Shown: positions 18,776 through 28,490, counted from the stretch's first letter. The stretch is 64,000 nucleotides of DNA from a bacterium (GCA_004322275.1 SCTA01000017.1:11595-75594), one strand, 5' to 3'. Notes: generated by a model from the sequence alone, not told the origin. A program made the numbers and translations.

Positions 18776-19588
18776 ATGAGCGCTGGCGGCGATATAATCT
18801 GGACCTCGTTTATTCCCGGGCTTAACTGGGTGGAAACGCACTTTGCGGAAAAACCCGAGGGAGAGGCGCACGAAGCGCCCAAGCACGTCGAGGGCACCGA
18901 AGCCCCGGCTCCCGCTCCCGCCCACGCGGGCGAGCCCGCCCACCACGTTTCGACGAGCATTCTCATCGGAGTTCTCCTCATCGTGCTCGCGCTGGTCGCG
19001 AAGATGTCGATAAAATCGGGAGAGCTTTCCGACGAAGACCTTGTTCCCGACTCGAAGCTGAGCATCCGGAACATAATGGAGCTTCTGGTCCAGTCTATCT
19101 GCAAGATAATGGAGGACTCGATGGGCGAAGTGTGGCCCAAATTCCTCCATCTCGTAGGGGCGCTCGCCCTCTTCATCCTCTTCTCAAATCTCTCGGGCCT
19201 CATTCCCGGCTTTTTGCCCCCCACCGAATCGGTCAACACCACCTTCGCCCTCGGCCTGACGGTGTTTATCGCAACCCATTACTACGGCTTCAAGGAGCAC
19301 GGCATCGCCTACCTGAAGCATTTCATGGGGCCCTTCTGGTGGCTCGCGCCCCTTATGGCGCCCATCGAAATAATCTCCCATCTGGCGCGCCCGCTCAGCC
19401 TCGGCCTTCGTCTCGCGGGCAACATCACCGGCGACCACAAGGTCGGCGCCATCTTCTTCGGCCTCGCGGCTATCGGCGTGCCGGTCTTCGCCCTCATGCT
19501 CGGCGTTTTCGTTTCGATAGTTCAGTCGTTCGTCTTCTGCCTCCTGACGATGGTCTACATTTCCGGCGCCATCGCTCACGAGCATTAA
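18776..19588 (+). CDS. atpB: F0F1 ATP synthase subunit a
   Basis: The conserved LSLGLRLAGNITGDH region, containing the essential Arg, is present in a multi-TM protein. Confidence 0.92.
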   Translation: MSAGGDIIWTSFIPGLNWVETHFAEKPEGEAHEAPKHVEGTEAPAPAPAHAGEPAHHVSTSILIGVLLIVLALVAKMSIKSGELSDEDLVPDSKLSIRNIMELLVQSICKIMEDSMGEVWPKFLHLVGALALFILFSNLSGLIPGFLPPTESVNTTFALGLTVFIATHYYGFKEHGIAYLKHFMGPFWWLAPLMAPIEIISHLARPLSLGLRLAGNITGDHKVGAIFFGLAAIGVPVFALMLGVFVSIVQSFVFCLLTMVYISGAIAHEH

Positions 19589-19658
19589 AAAAAATTACCC
19601 CGGCGCCTAACTTTTTGCGCCATTTGCAGTAAAATCTTAAGAAAAGGAGGTGAAAACC

Positions 19659-19967
19659 ATGTTCAAGCGCATTCTGTTCTCCGTGGCCCTCGTCGCCATG
19701 GCCATGCCCGCCTTCGCCGCTGACGGCGCAGCCACCGACATGACCAAGGGCATCATCGCCCTCGCAGCAGGCATCACCATCGCCACCGCCGTCGCATTCG
19801 GCGCGCTGGGCCAGTCCCGCGGTCTTTCCGCGGCACTCGAAGGCATCGCCCGCAACCCCGCCGCCAGCGGCAAGCTGGTCACCCCGATGATCATCGGTCT
19901 CGCTCTTATCGAGTCGCTGGTCATTTACGCTCTCGTTATCGCATTCATGATCGTCGGAAAGATGTAA
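19659..19967 (+). CDS. atpE: F0F1 ATP synthase subunit c with a signal-like N-terminal extension
   Basis: AAGGAGG lies 8 nt before the ATG. The hairpin core is GALGQS...ARNP...GLALIESLVIYALV. The N-terminal extension is MFKRILFSVALVAMAMPAFA-AD. Confidence 0.92.
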   Translation: MFKRILFSVALVAMAMPAFAADGAATDMTKGIIALAAGITIATAVAFGALGQSRGLSAALEGIARNPAASGKLVTPMIIGLALIESLVIYALVIAFMIVGKM

Positions 19968-20029
19968 TCGGACTATCCTTAGCGAGTTTGCTTTAAGGAT
20001 TCTGATAATACTCAGTTACGAGAAGTTCT

Positions 20030-20060
20030 CGGCGGGGCGTTTGCCCCGCCTTTTTCTTTT
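20030..20060 (+). terminator. Rho-independent terminator after atpE
   Basis: The GGCGGGGCG-TTTG-CCCCGCC hairpin is followed by TTTTTCTTTTT. Confidence 0.8.
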
Positions 20061-20154
20061 TATCCCCCCGGCCTCTCATTAATCCGTGACGCAAATTCTC
20101 CGTTCTGGTAAAAATATCCGCCATTGAGTCAATTTCTTGCCCGAAGGATGGAAG

Positions 20155-21447
20155 ATGAGATATTTCAACGAGAGATTCGAGGTCATGGCCCGCGGGGAGA
20201 TGAGGGATTTCCAGAACAAAAAGCTCGCCGAGACGGTCAGGTGGGTCTACGAGAGGGTCCCCTTTTACAAAAAGGCGCTCGACGAACGCGGAGTCAAGCC
20301 GGGGGATATCCGCTCGGTCGAAGATATCAGCCTTCTGCCCTTTACCGTCAAGACCGACCTTCGCGACAACTATCCCTTCGGCATGTGCGCGGTCCCGATG
20401 AAGGATCTTGTGCGCATCCACGCCTCCTCGGGCACTACGGGCAAGCCGATAACCGGCCCCTACACCCTCGAAGACCAGGAGCAGTGGGCCGAGTGCATGG
20501 CTCGCACCCTCTGGGCTTCCACGGTGAGACCGGAGAACATCGTCCAGATCTCTTACGGAATGGGCCTCTTCACCGGCGGCCTGGGATTTCTTCTCGGGGC
20601 GATGAAGATCGGCTGCTGCGTCGTTCCCCCCGGCTCGGGCATGACGGAGCGGCAGCTTCTCCTTATGGAGGACTTCGGGGCTCACGTCCTTTGCTGCACC
20701 CCCACCTACGCCCTGACCATAGCCGAGAGGGCGGAGCAGCTAGGCATAGACCTGCACGCCCTGCCCCTTCGGGCGGGGTGCTTCGGCGCGGAGCCGTGGA
20801 CGGTCGAGATGAGGGGGGATATCGAAAAGAGGATGGGGATAACGGCTTACGAGGCTTACGGGTTGACGGAGATGATGGGGCCCGGCGTCGGCTTCTCCTG
20901 CGAGCACTACAACATCCATATCAACGAAGACCACATCTTCCCCGAAATAGTAGATCCCGAGACGCTAAAGCCCCTTCCCATCGGCGAGAAGGGCGAGCTT
21001 ATCTTCACCGCCATACAGCGCAGGGCGATGCCGCTTCTCCGCTACCGCACGAGGGACATAACCAGCCTTCGCCAGACCACCTGCGAATGCGGAAGAACCC
21101 TCGTCGTCATGGACAAGATACTCGGCCGCTCCGACGACATGGTGATCATCTCCGGCGTCAACGTCTTCCCCAGCCAGATAGAATCGCAGATTCTCGAAAT
21201 AGGCCTTCTGGAGCCCCACTACCTCCTTCGCGTCTCCAAGAAGGGGTATCTCGACAGGCTGAAGGTGGAGGTCGAGGCGAAGCCGGAGGTTTACGCCGCC
21301 GGGCCGGAAACTGTCGCGAAGCTCGCCAAAACCCTTGAATCCCGCATCCACAACGTAATCGGGATCACCGCTCCGGTGACGGTCGTTCCCGCCGGGACGA
21401 TCGCCAGAAGCGAGGGCAAGGCCAAGAGGGTTATCGACGAGAGGTAA
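20155..21447 (+). CDS. paaK: Phenylacetate--CoA ligase family protein (paralog 1)
   Basis: The sequence LPFTVKTDLRDNYPFGM...RIHASSGTTGKP...YGLTEMMGPGV matches the PaaK/F390-synthetase family. Confidence 0.88.
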   Translation: MRYFNERFEVMARGEMRDFQNKKLAETVRWVYERVPFYKKALDERGVKPGDIRSVEDISLLPFTVKTDLRDNYPFGMCAVPMKDLVRIHASSGTTGKPITGPYTLEDQEQWAECMARTLWASTVRPENIVQISYGMGLFTGGLGFLLGAMKIGCCVVPPGSGMTERQLLLMEDFGAHVLCCTPTYALTIAERAEQLGIDLHALPLRAGCFGAEPWTVEMRGDIEKRMGITAYEAYGLTEMMGPGVGFSCEHYNIHINEDHIFPEIVDPETLKPLPIGEKGELIFTAIQRRAMPLLRYRTRDITSLRQTTCECGRTLVVMDKILGRSDDMVIISGVNVFPSQIESQILEIGLLEPHYLLRVSKKGYLDRLKVEVEAKPEVYAAGPETVAKLAKTLESRIHNVIGITAPVTVVPAGTIARSEGKAKRVIDER

Positions 21448-21620
21448 AAAAAATGGAGAAGCTCGGCGCTGCTCTCCGGGGGGGCAAAGAGCGTATGCGG
21501 TTCCGAACTTCTCCGAACTTTTCGTTGATGTAAACTTGCCTGCCAATAGCCGCTCTGTCAAGGGCGGCTGTTAAATATTTATTTATAATTTTCCCGCCCG
21601 ACGAACCGGAATCTGCGATA

Positions 21621-21650
21621 TTGACAACCCGCGCCGGTTCCGGCTTAAAT
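21621..21650 (+). promoter_or_regulatory. Candidate sigma70-type promoter upstream of etfB
   Basis: TTGACA is followed by an 18-nt spacer and TTAAAT. This would leave a 5' UTR of roughly 180 nt with several small hairpins. Confidence 0.3.
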
Positions 21651-21835
21651 GAGCCGAAATTCACAAACCCTTGGATATGATTTATCCGTAAATAGGCCTC
21701 CGTTAATCGCGACGGATTTTGAGAGCGATTTTGTCGCGAAGACTGAGCAAAACCGGAGGCGTAGTTTTTCTACGTCGAGGATTTTGCGATTGATGAGCGG
21801 CGAAAGCGGGCCAAAAGCCGGATGCGAGGAAATCC

Positions 21836-22606
21836 ATGAAGGTCTTGGTTCCGGTAAAGAGAGTGCAGAACCCCGAGGTAAAGGTTCGCCTTGCTCCCGG
21901 CGGGTTATCCGTAGACTCCTCGAACGTCAACTTCATCCTCAATTCCTTCGACGAGTACGCGGTCGAGGAGGCGGTGAGGATAGTGGAAAAGGAGGGCGGC
22001 GAGGTGGTTCTGGTGTCCATCGGACTTCCCGAGTGCGAAGAGACCCTTCGCGCCGGGCTGGCGCTCGGGGGCGACAGGGGGTGGCTCGTCGAGTGTTCCG
22101 AACCACCCGACAGTTTCGGCGTCGCCTCTATACTGGCCGCCGTATATAACGAGGAAAAGCCCGATCTCGTCGTCGCCGGAAAGCAGTCTGTCGACACCGA
22201 CAACGGGCAGGCGGCCCAGATGCTCGCCGCGCTTCTCGGCCTGCCGCAGGCCATAAACGCCTGCAAGGTCGAGCTTCTGGGCAAAAGGGCGAGAGTATCG
22301 CGGGAGATCGACGGCGGCATCGAGGTGAAGGAGGTTCCCCTCCCCGCCGTGATAACCGCGGACCTTAGGCTGAACCAGCCCCGCTACGCCTCTCTTCCCG
22401 CGATAATGAAGGCGAAGAGAAAAGAGCTTAAAAAGACCACCCCCGCCGCTTTGGGAGTGGAGTTGACGAACTCGGTCACGATCCTTTCCTTCGCCGAGCC
22501 GCCCGAAAGAGCGCCGGGAAGAATGGCAAGGAGCGTCGGGGAATTCGCCGAAGCGCTTGCGGCTGCGGCGAAAACCCTTAAAAGATCCGGGAGTCAAATT
22601 CCATGA
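21836..22606 (+). CDS. etfB: Electron transfer flavoprotein subunit beta
   Basis: The sequence MKVLVPVKRV...NSFDEYAVEEA...VVAGKQSVDTDNGQ is EtfB-like. Confidence 0.9.
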   Translation: MKVLVPVKRVQNPEVKVRLAPGGLSVDSSNVNFILNSFDEYAVEEAVRIVEKEGGEVVLVSIGLPECEETLRAGLALGGDRGWLVECSEPPDSFGVASILAAVYNEEKPDLVVAGKQSVDTDNGQAAQMLAALLGLPQAINACKVELLGKRARVSREIDGGIEVKEVPLPAVITADLRLNQPRYASLPAIMKAKRKELKKTTPAALGVELTNSVTILSFAEPPERAPGRMARSVGEFAEALAAAAKTLKRSGSQIP

Positions 22607-23556
22607 CGATACTGGCCGTAGCCGAACAGCATGAGGGCAAGGCGGCGCACTCCGGGCTCTGCGCGATTTTCGCCGCGCAAAAACTCGCAGCCCAAAAAGG
22701 TTCGCCCTTCGACCTCCTCGTCCCCGGCGCAGGGGCTTTTGCCTGCGCTAAGGAACTTGGAGCCTTTGGCGCGTCTAACGTCTTCTACGCCAAAGCGGGG
22801 GAAGGAGAAACCTTCACTGCGGAGGGCTGGGCCGGGACGATAGCCCGGCTCGTTGGCGAACGCGGCTACAGCGCCGTAATCGCGGCGGCGACCTCCGAGT
22901 CCAAGGATTACCTGCCGAGGGTCGCGGGACTCCTTCGCGCCGGGATGGTGAGCGAGGCGGTGGGGTTCGAGGAGGGGGCGTACCTTCGCCATATGTTCGC
23001 CGGAAGCGTAGTAGCCAGGGTCGCGGTAAACACCGCCGTCGCCGTCGTGACCATCCGCGAGGCCGCCTTCGAGCCCGTGTCTCCCTCGGGAGGAGCTTCC
23101 GCCCTCCTTGAAATTTCCTTTGCTCTCCCGCCGGAGGGAGTGGCCGTTATCGAGCGGCGCATGCACGCCTCCTCCCGCTCCTCCCTGACCGAGGCCAAAA
23201 TCGTCGTCGGCGCGGGAAGGGGGATAAAAAACGAGGCGGGGCTGAGAATCGTGGAGGAGCTGGCCGACCTTCTCGGCGCTTCAATAGGCGCGAGCAGGGC
23301 GACGGTGGACGAGGGGCTCTTGCCGAACGACCTCCAGATAGGCCAGACCGGCAAGGTAATCGCCCCGGAACTTTACCTCGCCTGCGGCGTCTCCGGCGCG
23401 ATACAGCACACCGCCGGGGTAAAGGACTCCAAAATAATCGCGGCGATAAACAAGGACCCGGAAGCGCCGATCTTCGGCATTGCGGACGTCGGACTCGTGG
23501 CGGATTTCGCGGTTGCGGGGCCGGAACTGGTTTTAAAACTCAAAGAGCTTCTGTAA
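22603..23556 (+). CDS. etfA: Electron transfer flavoprotein subunit alpha
   Basis: The FAD-binding C-terminal region is IGQTGKVIAPELYLACGVSGAIQHTAG. It overlaps etfB by 4 nt. Confidence 0.9.
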   Translation: MTILAVAEQHEGKAAHSGLCAIFAAQKLAAQKGSPFDLLVPGAGAFACAKELGAFGASNVFYAKAGEGETFTAEGWAGTIARLVGERGYSAVIAAATSESKDYLPRVAGLLRAGMVSEAVGFEEGAYLRHMFAGSVVARVAVNTAVAVVTIREAAFEPVSPSGGASALLEISFALPPEGVAVIERRMHASSRSSLTEAKIVVGAGRGIKNEAGLRIVEELADLLGASIGASRATVDEGLLPNDLQIGQTGKVIAPELYLACGVSGAIQHTAGVKDSKIIAAINKDPEAPIFGIADVGLVADFAVAGPELVLKLKELL

Positions 23557-23615
23557 AAAGCTCTGGTGTATACTTAGCTCCGAAACCGCTAACGGCAGTA
23601 TTTTGGGAATTTAAA

Positions 23616-25547
23616 ATGGCCAACGGTCTCGACGCCGCCCTCGTCCTCGTAAGTTTCACTTTTTTTGTCGAAGGCGTGAGGCGGCGGCTTAAAAAAATCA
23701 GCATCGGCCTGCCTTCCGGTCAGGAATCCTCCGGCGGCCTTTCCTTCCGCGAATTTTTGCGGGAGGTCTTCGGCCACGCGAAGGTTTTGCGCGAACCCCA
23801 GGGAGTACATCATTACCTCTTTTTTCTCGGCTTTCTGGTTCCTCTCGCTTTCGTGGCGCTGGTCCAGCTCTCCTTCGCCGTTCCCGCGCCCGCCGCCCGC
23901 TTCGTCTCCCTCTTTCTGGAGATTACCGGCGTCCTCGGCCTTTACGGGCTCTCGCGCCTCTTTTTCAGAAGATACCTGGCCAGGCCGCCGGAGCTTAAAA
24001 GCGGGCCGGAGGATTTCGCCCTCCTCACCTTTTTCGGCTTCCTCTTCAAGAGCGGCTTTTTCGTCGAGGCGGGCAGGCTCGCGCTGGCGCCCTCCGAAAG
24101 CGCGCTCTGGTCGCCGGTCGGGCACCTGCTTTCTCTCCCCCTCGGCTTTCTTTCGCAGGACGCAAAGCTGGAGTTCCTTCGCCTCCTCTGGAGGCTCCAC
24201 CTCTTCGCCGCCCTCGCCGGGATAGCCCTCCTGCCCTACGGAAAGATGGGCCACGCGGTCTACGGGGCCATGAACCTCCTCTGGTACGGGAAGAGGCCGA
24301 AGGCCTTCCCGACCCCCGACCTCGAAGGAAGCGAGTATTTCGGCGCGGGCCACATCTCGAAGCTCACCCGAAAAAACCTGCTCAACATTTCCTCCTGCGT
24401 GCGCTGCGGCAGGTGCGAGAAGGTCTGCCCCGCCAACTTCACCGGAAAGCCCCTGAGCCCTCAGAAAGTCGTGAACGACCTTAACGCGCGGCTGAACGGG
24501 GAAGCTGCCGGGATTATGCGAGGAGGGGAGGAGAATATCGGCTCCCCCCTCGTCGGCGAAGGGGCGATACTGGAAGAAACCCTCTGGAGCTGCACGGCAT
24601 GCCTCCACTGTGTCGAAGCCTGCCCTCTGGCCGTGAACCCGCTCTACAAGATTATAGAGATGCGCCGCTTCGAGGTGCTTATGGAGGGGCGCATGCCCCC
24701 CGAGCTCATCACCTTCAACAGAAACCTCGAAAAGAACTTCAACCCCTGGGGCATCGGCTGGTCGAAGCGCGAGGAGTGGTTAGAGAGGCGAGGGCTCCCG
24801 GTTCCGATAGCCAAAAAGGGCGAGCAGTACGATGTATTGCTCTTTCTGGGGTGCGCCGGGGCCTTCGACGACAGGTACCAGCGCGCCGTGGCCTCTCTTG
24901 TGCGGATATTGGCGCTTGCCGGGGTGAAATTCGCTGTTCTGGGCAACGCGGAGAAATGCTGCGGCGAGCCCGCCCGCGTAACCGGCAACGAATACCTGTT
25001 CCAGACGCTGGCGCGGGAGAACATCGAAAACATAAAGGCTCTGGGCGTAAGGACCGTCGTCACCGCCTGCCCCCACTGCCAGAAGACTCTTTCGGCCGAC
25101 TACGCGGATTTGGGCGGAGATTTAAAGGTCGTTCACCACTCAAACTACCTTTCCGGTCTCCTCGAAAGCAAAAAACTTTCGCTCAAAACCCCGCTCGAAG
25201 GCACCGCCACTCTTCACGACTCCTGCTACCTTTCCCGCTACTTCTGCAATATCGAGAAGCCCCGGCGCATCGTCTCCGCCTCGGGCCTTACCCTCAGGGA
25301 AATGGAGAAGCGGGGGGAGAAAACCTTCTGCTGCGGAGGGGGAGGAGGAAGGATGTGGATGGAGGACAAGGGAACCCGGATCGGGGACGCGCGGGCAAAA
25401 GAAGCGCTGGAGACGGGGTGCTCCATAATCGCCACCTCCTGCCCCTTTTGCCTCTCGATGCTTACCGACGGGGTGAAGGCAGCGGGAAAGGAAGGCGAAG
25501 CCGAGGTGCTCGACCTGGCGGAAATCCTCGAAAGGGCGCTGACATGA
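23616..25547 (+). CDS. Membrane-bound (Fe-S)-binding oxidoreductase with 2x[4Fe-4S] and CCG (HdrD/GlpC-like) domains
   Basis: The N-terminal half has about 5-6 hydrophobic helices. Ferredoxin-type motifs are CVRCGRCEKVCP and CTACLHCVEACP. There are two Cys-rich CCG-type segments (CCGEP..., FCCGGGGG). Confidence 0.85.
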   Translation: MANGLDAALVLVSFTFFVEGVRRRLKKISIGLPSGQESSGGLSFREFLREVFGHAKVLREPQGVHHYLFFLGFLVPLAFVALVQLSFAVPAPAARFVSLFLEITGVLGLYGLSRLFFRRYLARPPELKSGPEDFALLTFFGFLFKSGFFVEAGRLALAPSESALWSPVGHLLSLPLGFLSQDAKLEFLRLLWRLHLFAALAGIALLPYGKMGHAVYGAMNLLWYGKRPKAFPTPDLEGSEYFGAGHISKLTRKNLLNISSCVRCGRCEKVCPANFTGKPLSPQKVVNDLNARLNGEAAGIMRGGEENIGSPLVGEGAILEETLWSCTACLHCVEACPLAVNPLYKIIEMRRFEVLMEGRMPPELITFNRNLEKNFNPWGIGWSKREEWLERRGLPVPIAKKGEQYDVLLFLGCAGAFDDRYQRAVASLVRILALAGVKFAVLGNAEKCCGEPARVTGNEYLFQTLARENIENIKALGVRTVVTACPHCQKTLSADYADLGGDLKVVHHSNYLSGLLESKKLSLKTPLEGTATLHDSCYLSRYFCNIEKPRRIVSASGLTLREMEKRGEKTFCCGGGGGRMWMEDKGTRIGDARAKEALETGCSIIATSCPFCLSMLTDGVKAAGKEGEAEVLDLAEILERALT

Positions 25548-26335
25548 CACGGCGCAGAGTTCTCCTTTTTTTGCTCCCTGCCTTTTTCATCGGTGCGCCG
25601 GTCTTTGCCGGGACCATGTCACAGGATTGCCTCGACAACTGCCACGGCGAGGAGTCGCTTCAAAGCGCCGATGCGGCGAGATCCCTCTTCGTGGACCTGC
25701 AAGGTTTCGAGAAATCGGTCCACGGGGCTGCCGGTCTCGGCTGCGCCGACTGCCACCACCCCGAGGAGCCCTCCGTCCACCCCTCCGGCGACAAGCTGAA
25801 GGCGGACTGCGAGGAATGCCACGAAAAACAGGGGGCCGGGTACAGCTCGACCGTCCACGCCTCGCAGGAGGAGGGGCCGTACTGTTCCGGCTGCCACACC
25901 TCTCACTCCGTGCTCCCTCCCCAAGACTCCGCTTCGACCGTAAACGCCGGGAATCTCCACCTCGTCTGCGAAAGGTGCCACGAGTGGGGCGGCTCTGGAG
26001 ACCCTGGCGCCGCTTTCACCAGCTGGAAACTCTCGGGCCACCCGAAGGGAGACCTCTCGGAGGTTTACGAGGAAAAGCGGTGCCTCTCCTGCCATCAGGG
26101 GGCGGCCGCCCACGGCGAGGAAAATCTCACCGGCCAGAAGTGCCCCGAGTGCCACCTTACGGGGGTAGAGGCGGAGAACGGCGAGGGGTTTCACTTCCGC
26201 ACTGACGAGGAAGCTTCCCTGCTGCCCTTCGCGATGGTGATACTCTACCGTATCGTCCTCTTCTCGGCCGTTTTCGGCGCGCTTTTTCTCTCCGGCAGGG
26301 GAATCTTCCGGCGGCGCGCGAAAAAGAACGGCTGA
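25544..26335 (+). CDS. Multiheme cytochrome c with N-terminal signal and C-terminal membrane anchor
   Basis: It has six CXXCH motifs (CADCH, CEECH, CSGCH, CERCH, CLSCH, CPECH) plus one CX3CH (CLDNCH). The C-terminal hydrophobic helix is LLPFAMVILYRIVLFSAVFGALFL. It makes an ATGA overlap with the upstream gene. Confidence 0.8.
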   Translation: MTRRRVLLFLLPAFFIGAPVFAGTMSQDCLDNCHGEESLQSADAARSLFVDLQGFEKSVHGAAGLGCADCHHPEEPSVHPSGDKLKADCEECHEKQGAGYSSTVHASQEEGPYCSGCHTSHSVLPPQDSASTVNAGNLHLVCERCHEWGGSGDPGAAFTSWKLSGHPKGDLSEVYEEKRCLSCHQGAAAHGEENLTGQKCPECHLTGVEAENGEGFHFRTDEEASLLPFAMVILYRIVLFSAVFGALFLSGRGIFRRRAKKNG

Positions 26336-26450
26336 AAGTTTTATAGGGGTTGTAAATTCCCCATGGAAACTAAATACTTTCAACCTTAAATTACACAGGC
26401 CCGCCTGCGTCGCGTCGTTGACAGGGCAGCGGGAAGGGCCATTCTTTCAA

Positions 26451-26545
26451 CCGGCAAACTATTTCGGCGAAGGGCAAGGAGTCCGCAGGGCGCGCGGTCG
26501 CAGGCAGTATCGTCTATACGCCAAGACCCGCGCCCGAGAAACGAC
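26451..26545 (+). repeat. Second repeat module (B-type)
   Basis: The sequence ccggcaaactatttcggcgaagggcaaggagtccgcagggcgcgcggtcgcaggcagta..cgcccgagaaacgac is nearly identical to 57325..57416. Confidence 0.85.
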
Positions 26546-26585
26546 GCAGCCGTTCGTCGAAAGAGAAAGCCGGGGCGGGAATACG

Positions 26586-27533
26586 ATGAAATACGCGGAA
26601 AAAGCGCTCCTCGGCGACCAGCTCGCGGGAGCGAGGCTTATAAGGCTCCTCGAAGAGGGCTACCCCGAGGGCGTCGAGGAGCTGAAGCACCTCTACCCCC
26701 ATACCGGCAGAGCTTTCATCCTCGGCATCACCGGCCCCCCCGGAGCGGGCAAATCGACCCTGGTCGACAAGATCATAGGCGAGTTCCGCAAAAGGGATAT
26801 GAAGGTGGGAGTTATCGCGATAGACCCCTCCAGCCCCTTTTCCGGCGGCGCGATACTGGGCGACCGCATAAGGATGCAGCGCCACTCCTCCGACCCCGGC
26901 GTCTTTGTCCGCTCGATGGCGACGCGCGGCCATCTCGGCGGCCTCTCGCGGGCTACCTTCGAGGGCACCCTCGTCCTTGACGCGATGGGGTACGACGTTG
27001 TGCTTATCGAGACGGTGGGCGTCGGTCAGGACGAGGTGGAGGTGGTGGACCTCGCCCACACCACGGCGGTGGTGAACCTGCCCGGCATGGGCGACGACAT
27101 ACAGGCGATGAAGGCGGGCATTCTCGAAATCGGCGACCTCTTCATCGTCAACAAGGCGGACAAGCCCGGCGCTGACGACGTGGTCCGCCAGCTTACAGTC
27201 ATGCTTGAGATGCGAAAGAGCGGGGCGGGAGTCTGGGTTCCGCCGGTGCTAAAGACGATCGCCTCGCAGAACGTCGGGATTGAGGAAGTGGTGGACGGCT
27301 TTCTGGCCCACCGCGCCTTCATGGAGAAGACGGGGGGACTCGCCGCCAAGATGGAGGAACGCAGGAACCATTTCTTCCGTGAACTGCTCAAGGAAATGGC
27401 CTACGAGAAAATTAAGGAAACCCTTACGGGCACAACCTGCTACGAGGAGACCCTCGCGGCCCTCAGAGCCCGGAAAATCGACCCCTATACCGCCGCCGAC
27501 AGGCTTCTCGCCTCCTTCACCGGGCAAAGATAA
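26586..27533 (+). CDS. meaB: Methylmalonyl-CoA mutase-associated G3E GTPase (MeaB/ArgK)
   Basis: The sequence GITGPPGAGKSTL...GGAILGDRIRM...IETVGVGQDE...VNKADK matches this family. The start is at the internal Met downstream of the repeat. Confidence 0.9.
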   Translation: MKYAEKALLGDQLAGARLIRLLEEGYPEGVEELKHLYPHTGRAFILGITGPPGAGKSTLVDKIIGEFRKRDMKVGVIAIDPSSPFSGGAILGDRIRMQRHSSDPGVFVRSMATRGHLGGLSRATFEGTLVLDAMGYDVVLIETVGVGQDEVEVVDLAHTTAVVNLPGMGDDIQAMKAGILEIGDLFIVNKADKPGADDVVRQLTVMLEMRKSGAGVWVPPVLKTIASQNVGIEEVVDGFLAHRAFMEKTGGLAAKMEERRNHFFRELLKEMAYEKIKETLTGTTCYEETLAALRARKIDPYTAADRLLASFTGQR

Positions 27534-27551
27534 CCGGCGCGCGCTACGGAC

Positions 27552-28328
27552 TTACATCTCCAGCACTTCCTTGAGGAACATCACCATCTCCGCCCAGGAG
27601 CGCTCGTCGGCGGTCTTGTTATAGCCGAGGCTGGGCATGCCCACCGCGTCGGAGGCGGGGTTGGTGAAGCTGTGCTTCGCCTTGCCATAGACGTTGACCT
27701 GCCACTCGGCCCCGCTGTCCGCCATCTCCTTCAAAAAGCCGTCGAACTGCGCCGGGGTGATGAAAGTGTCCGCCCCGCCGTGGCAGACCAGCACCTTCGC
27801 CTTTATGTTTTTTCCCGCCGGTTCACCCACCGGGGCCAGCGAGCCGTGGAAGCTGACCACTCCGCGAAGATCAAGACCCGCCCGCGCCGCCGTCAGGACC
27901 GTCGTTCCCCCGAAACAGTAGCCTATGGCCGCTATCTTGCCGGTATCCACCGAAGGGTCGCCCGTCAGGAAATCCATGCCCGCCTTGAAGCGCGCCATGC
28001 CGAGCGCCGGGTTTTTGCCGACTTTCCCCGACATCTCTCCGGCTACCTTGGGGTCGGTGGTGGTCATGCCGTCGCCGTACATGTCCACGGCGAGGGCGAC
28101 GTAGCCCAGTTCCGCCACCTTGCGCGCGCGCATTTTCGCGTAACCGTTAAGCCCCCACCACTCGTGGACGACCAGCACTCCGGGGCGCTTTCCCGCGCCT
28201 TCGGGTTTCGCGAGGTAACCCTTGAGGGTCACGCCATCCGCGGTGTAGGAGACCTCCCGGGTCTCTACCGCTCCGAAGGCAAGAGAAGCACAAAAGACGA
28301 GAAGTATAAGGGAAATGAGGGTTCGCAT
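27552..28328 (-). CDS. Dienelactone hydrolase family protein, secreted
   Basis: It has a signal peptide and the sequence VVHEWWGLN...GYCFGG...HG..D of the alpha/beta-hydrolase DLH family. Confidence 0.85.
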   Translation of the reverse strand: MRTLISLILLVFCASLAFGAVETREVSYTADGVTLKGYLAKPEGAGKRPGVLVVHEWWGLNGYAKMRARKVAELGYVALAVDMYGDGMTTTDPKVAGEMSGKVGKNPALGMARFKAGMDFLTGDPSVDTGKIAAIGYCFGGTTVLTAARAGLDLRGVVSFHGSLAPVGEPAGKNIKAKVLVCHGGADTFITPAQFDGFLKEMADSGAEWQVNVYGKAKHSFTNPASDAVGMPSLGYNKTADERSWAEMVMFLKEVLEM

Positions 28329-28398
28329 CGCGCTCTCCTTTGACTGGAGATGTGAATTTCAAACAAAAATATTTCCTGCCATGCCTGAAGAGGTTACT

Positions 28399-28426
28399 GA
28401 AAACGGGGCTCGCAGCAGTTTTCAAG
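28399..28426 (+). repeat. Solo right-arm fragment of the type II repeat
   Basis: The sequence gaaaacggggctcgcagcagttttcaag matches the right arm of 32546..32672 and 46401..46528. Confidence 0.6.
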
Positions 28427-28490
28427 AACTTCTTAAAAGTTACTTCCGCGAAGGGGAACTGTCAAAACAGGAGAGAGCCCGGATTTTGGG

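Noticed and set aside
26336-26450. I considered a possible cobalamin riboswitch upstream of meaB, based on a GGGAAGGGCC string.
   Set aside because: Only a short GGGAA-like string is present. The B12 box and the conserved GCCACUG element are absent, and most of the gap is occupied by the B-type repeat.
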